NCBI GenBank assembly: GCA_003427395.1 | Contig: BFEA01000012.1 | Location: 4,784,259-4,847,399, forward strand | Source: Chara braunii | Taxonomy: Eukaryota > Plantae > Charophyceae | Length of the DNA: 63,141 nt | Reading direction: 5' to 3' | Shown here: in pieces, positions 59,996 to 63,141 of the stretch | Numbering within the stretch: the first letter of the stretch is position 1 | Layout: every line of letters begins with the position of its first letter | Translations under genes and position numbers: made by a program | The notes under the pieces: model-generated | Told to the model about the DNA's origin: nothing | Seen by the model: only the letters and a program-made list of their open reading frames with translations | Databases searched by the model: none

Positions 59996-61929
59996 AGGAA
60001 AAAAAAAAAAAAAATGGATAAAAATTCATAAAATACGCTTTGTTTTTTTTTTTGTTTTTTTTTTGGAAAACGCCCCCATCAGTGTTAGTGTTGCTGGTAA
60101 GAGCAGACACCACTAGCACCTGAGGGGCGGCTCCATCTATTGGTGGGGAGCATCACCTGCTGGAAAACGGGTCCAGCATCCCATATACAAACTGAATGAA
60201 GCATACCAGAGCGTTCACATGCCTAGGGGGCAAAAGGCATGAAGCGTAAAATATGCTGAAGACTCAGTGAAGAGTCAATACTCTGACAATGGATTCCTGT
60301 TCATATTTAAACCACCACTCCCCCACGTCCGCGAAGGGTGCAAGCGTAGTTGAATGGTCCGTAATTTTGAACAGCGCTAACTGGCGCCAAGGACCGGCGC
60401 GGCGTGGCCCACCCGCACTCCTTGGCCTCCGGCAGCTATGGCAGATCGGCATCCTCGAGGGTGCCCTCTGTCAATGCTATCTGGAGTTCTAGCCTGCGTG
60501 CCAGTGGTTCCGCTGACGTGACGTGTGCAAGGCGGAGGTACGTGGGCGGATAGCACGTCGGTGCACATACGATTGTGGCGAAGGGCGGGGGCGGACAAAT
60601 AACATAGGGAGGTATTTGCTCGTCAATAACACCTGGGTGTAGTCTGCGATGGAGGATTTGCGCTACGAGAAGGACGCATGGCTGCGATGGAGGATTTGCG
60701 CTACGAGAAGGACGCATGGCTTTCCATCTTGGAGTCATGTCGGTGTCACTTGCAGGACCAGATGGATCTCCTTTCGTCGACTGCCACTTGCTGGCCACGG
60801 GTCGATCAGCGGGCGACCTCGTTGGCTGGGTGGTTGGAGGCCGTGATGGAACGGATGCTGAAAATCGTGTGGGAGATCGAGGAGGGATCAGCCTCTCTGA
60901 CGGAAGGCGATATCGACTGCAGGCAGGCAGACCTTCTGACAGGGCACTGTTACGCCCTTTTTGAGGAGGGCGCTGAATTGTGTGATGAGCTTCGGGCGCG
61001 ACTTGTGGAGGGGTCAGATGGGCAGACAGCAGGGTGTGATCACTCGATTGATGAGACGGTTCGAGACACTATGGTCGTTGCTCATCAGGGAGATGGTGAA
61101 GGCTGGCAGCCTCACCTGCTCTCATTGGATGCGCGGTTTTCTTCGTGTGGTCTGGCTGCCTCGTTAGCAATACCGACAAAAATGGTGACGACAACAACAA
61201 CAATAACAACAACAACAACAACAATTACGATGAAGACATCAAGAACGGAGGCGACATCGACTATGCTAAGCATGCTGGCCGTGGGGGTAGCTGCTGAGAA
61301 GGTGAGTGCTGGGGGTCGTTGTTGCGGCCCTCTTTGGTGGATGGAGTCGGTGTGTCTCTTGTTGATTTCTGGTCTTGTCATGTCGCCCCTTCTCCATTGG
61401 CTGGTGATAGAACTTGGACTTTTCTCAGCGAAGGGGACGGGGAGGTGAGAGTGGGTTGGTTCGTGTTGACCGTGTGTCGATGGGTATGGGGTTGGTGGGA
61501 GGAGAGGGTGTTGGGAGTGAGGCTATCATTAGTCAAGGCCGGGTTTCTGTGGACGAGGCGACGGAGTGCCTGGGATGTCTTTTGATCATTCGTCGCTTAA
61601 ATGTCTTGCCCCTACGGTTATAGGTGAGGACTGTTGGTGGAGGAATATGCTTGTAATCTTGGTGCTGACCTGGAATCTCCTCCTGCGGCGTACTGTAATA
61701 CGATCCAAAACAAAAATAAAGATAAAAACAATTACAATTTGAGAGAAAGCAGGCTGCTAATTCACTTGCCATTGGTACCGCTCTCGCTCCATTGGGGAGT
61801 GCGGGGGGGTATGAAGAGCCTGATCAGTGCTGGGTATTGGATCAGGTATTGAATCATGTCCCCTAGGGTTTGTGGTGTGTATCCCTCCGTGGCATCTGTG
61901 CTCTTTAACCTAGGGTCTGCTTTCTCTTT

Positions 61930-62348
61930 TCAGTGAAGAAGCGGGCGCAGAGGTCAATCCTTTCCTTCGGGGAAGTAATCAATGCCTCTCGCCTCCCCTT
62001 ACGAATATAACNAGAATTGGGAATCCATGTTTTGTAGAAGTTGGGTTCTCCGGAATGGCTTCATGAAGATTCAGGTGCAGAGGTCAATCCTTCCCTTCGG
62101 GGGAAGTAATCAATGCCTCTCACCCCCCCCTGGGAATATAATAGAATAGGGAATTTGTTTCACTCAACAAACATTGTATCACAAAGATGTATTCAATGGG
62201 ACGCTGGACCCGATTTCCAGCAGGTGCTCCTCCCCACCAATAGATGGAGCCTCCCCGACGGTGCTAGATGTGTCTGCTCTTATCAGGACACCTAGCATCC
62301 GATTGGGTTGTTCTCATTAAAAAAAAAAAAAAAGAAAAAAAAAAAAAA
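61930..62348 (+). mobile_element. LINE-type 3' tail with duplicated structured motif and poly-A
   Basis: Contains the GGGACGCTGGACCCG.TTTCCAGC hairpin, as in the LINE tail at 20313, and ends in poly-A. Confidence 0.72.
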
Positions 62349-62557
62349 GTTGTGGGGGGTTCCTGCCAGCATTGATTACCCTGGGATCCAGGGGATTAAC
62401 CCAGCAGGATTTTAGAAAGAAGGGGGGAGAATCTCTTCACCCTAAAACTGGCGCCAGATACTTGCTGTTACACACTAATTCTTCCCTCCCCAATCATTGA
62501 TTACTCTGGTAACCAGAGCATTGAAATGAGCAAAATATCAGAATAGACAACAATATT

Positions 62558-63013
62558 GGGCTTCGTTAGACACTCCTCGGGGACGTGATTCCAAGGATTT
62601 TGTCTTCATTCCGCCTGTCCTCGAAGATGAAATCAGAAATGAAAATGTGAATACGCTCCGAGGACAAATCCTTGGGCTCTGAGGATTTACCAGCCAAATC
62701 GTCCTCGGCTCCACAGGGCCTCGCGAGGTCCTTTGGGGCCCGAGGATCTGTGTTTCACGGAGAGGAGAGGACATGCACATAGAGAGATGTTACAACCGAG
62801 AATTCGGATCGTGGTGGCACCCTATTGGCTGAATGCGTGAAGCACAACTTTTTTTCCTTCTTTTCTTCCTTTTTTTTTCTGACATTGCTCAGAGGATGAG
62901 TCCTAAAGCCAATGCTCCGAGGATGAGTGAAACGAAGACGACAAAACCCCCAAACTTTCCGAGGATTCATCCTCGGAGCCCGAGGATGCCCTGAGGAGTG
63001 TCTAACGACGCCC
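62558..63013. mobile_element. Harbinger-like MITE
   Basis: TIR GGGC(T/G)TCGTTAGACACTCCTC, TSD ATT, and many internal CCGAGG/CCTCGG motifs. Confidence 0.88.
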
Positions 63014-63141
63014 ATTCTCATCCTACACAGTTGACCCTATCTTTAAACCACCAGTACCTCGCTCAGCTATCGGCCGCGGGCCTTCCCGTATACGCGCCGC
63101 AGCCTTAGGGGGGTCGGCCAAGGGAAGGCCCGGTCGTAGCC

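Noticed and set aside
60678-61448. 256-aa ORF with duplicated MEDLRYEKDAWL
   Set aside because: No recognisable domain or splice support. It contains a 38-bp frameshifting duplication and an (ACA)n tract, and is left unassigned.

Overview
Repeat-dominated eukaryotic DNA with plant-type U2/U6 snRNA sequences. The source is most likely a streptophyte alga such as Chara (inference from snRNA sequence type and TE content). The window holds one credible host gene, a 4-exon minus-strand model at 14187-6181 (~550 aa, coiled coil plus a divergent MA3-like domain). The rest includes decayed L1/Tx1-like LINE pieces, a Ty3/Gypsy chromovirus integrase pseudogene, a PIF/Harbinger transposase pseudogene, several MITE families, tRNA-derived SINEs, microsatellites, N gaps and an untrimmed Nextera junction adapter. 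Four signals stand out. (1) Five U6 and four U2 retrocopies occur in 63 kb and share diagnostic insertions, which suggests self-propagating snRNA-derived SINE families. (2) A covarying RNA motif (helix-UCAAUC-hairpin-UAAUCAAUG-helix) is repeated in LINE-type 3' tails. (3) Hammerhead-ribozyme cores sit in microsatellite-embedded tandem mini-elements. (4) A long tRNA-headed retroelement has a different tandem-repeat middle in each copy. All calls were made by eye, and many boundaries are approximate.
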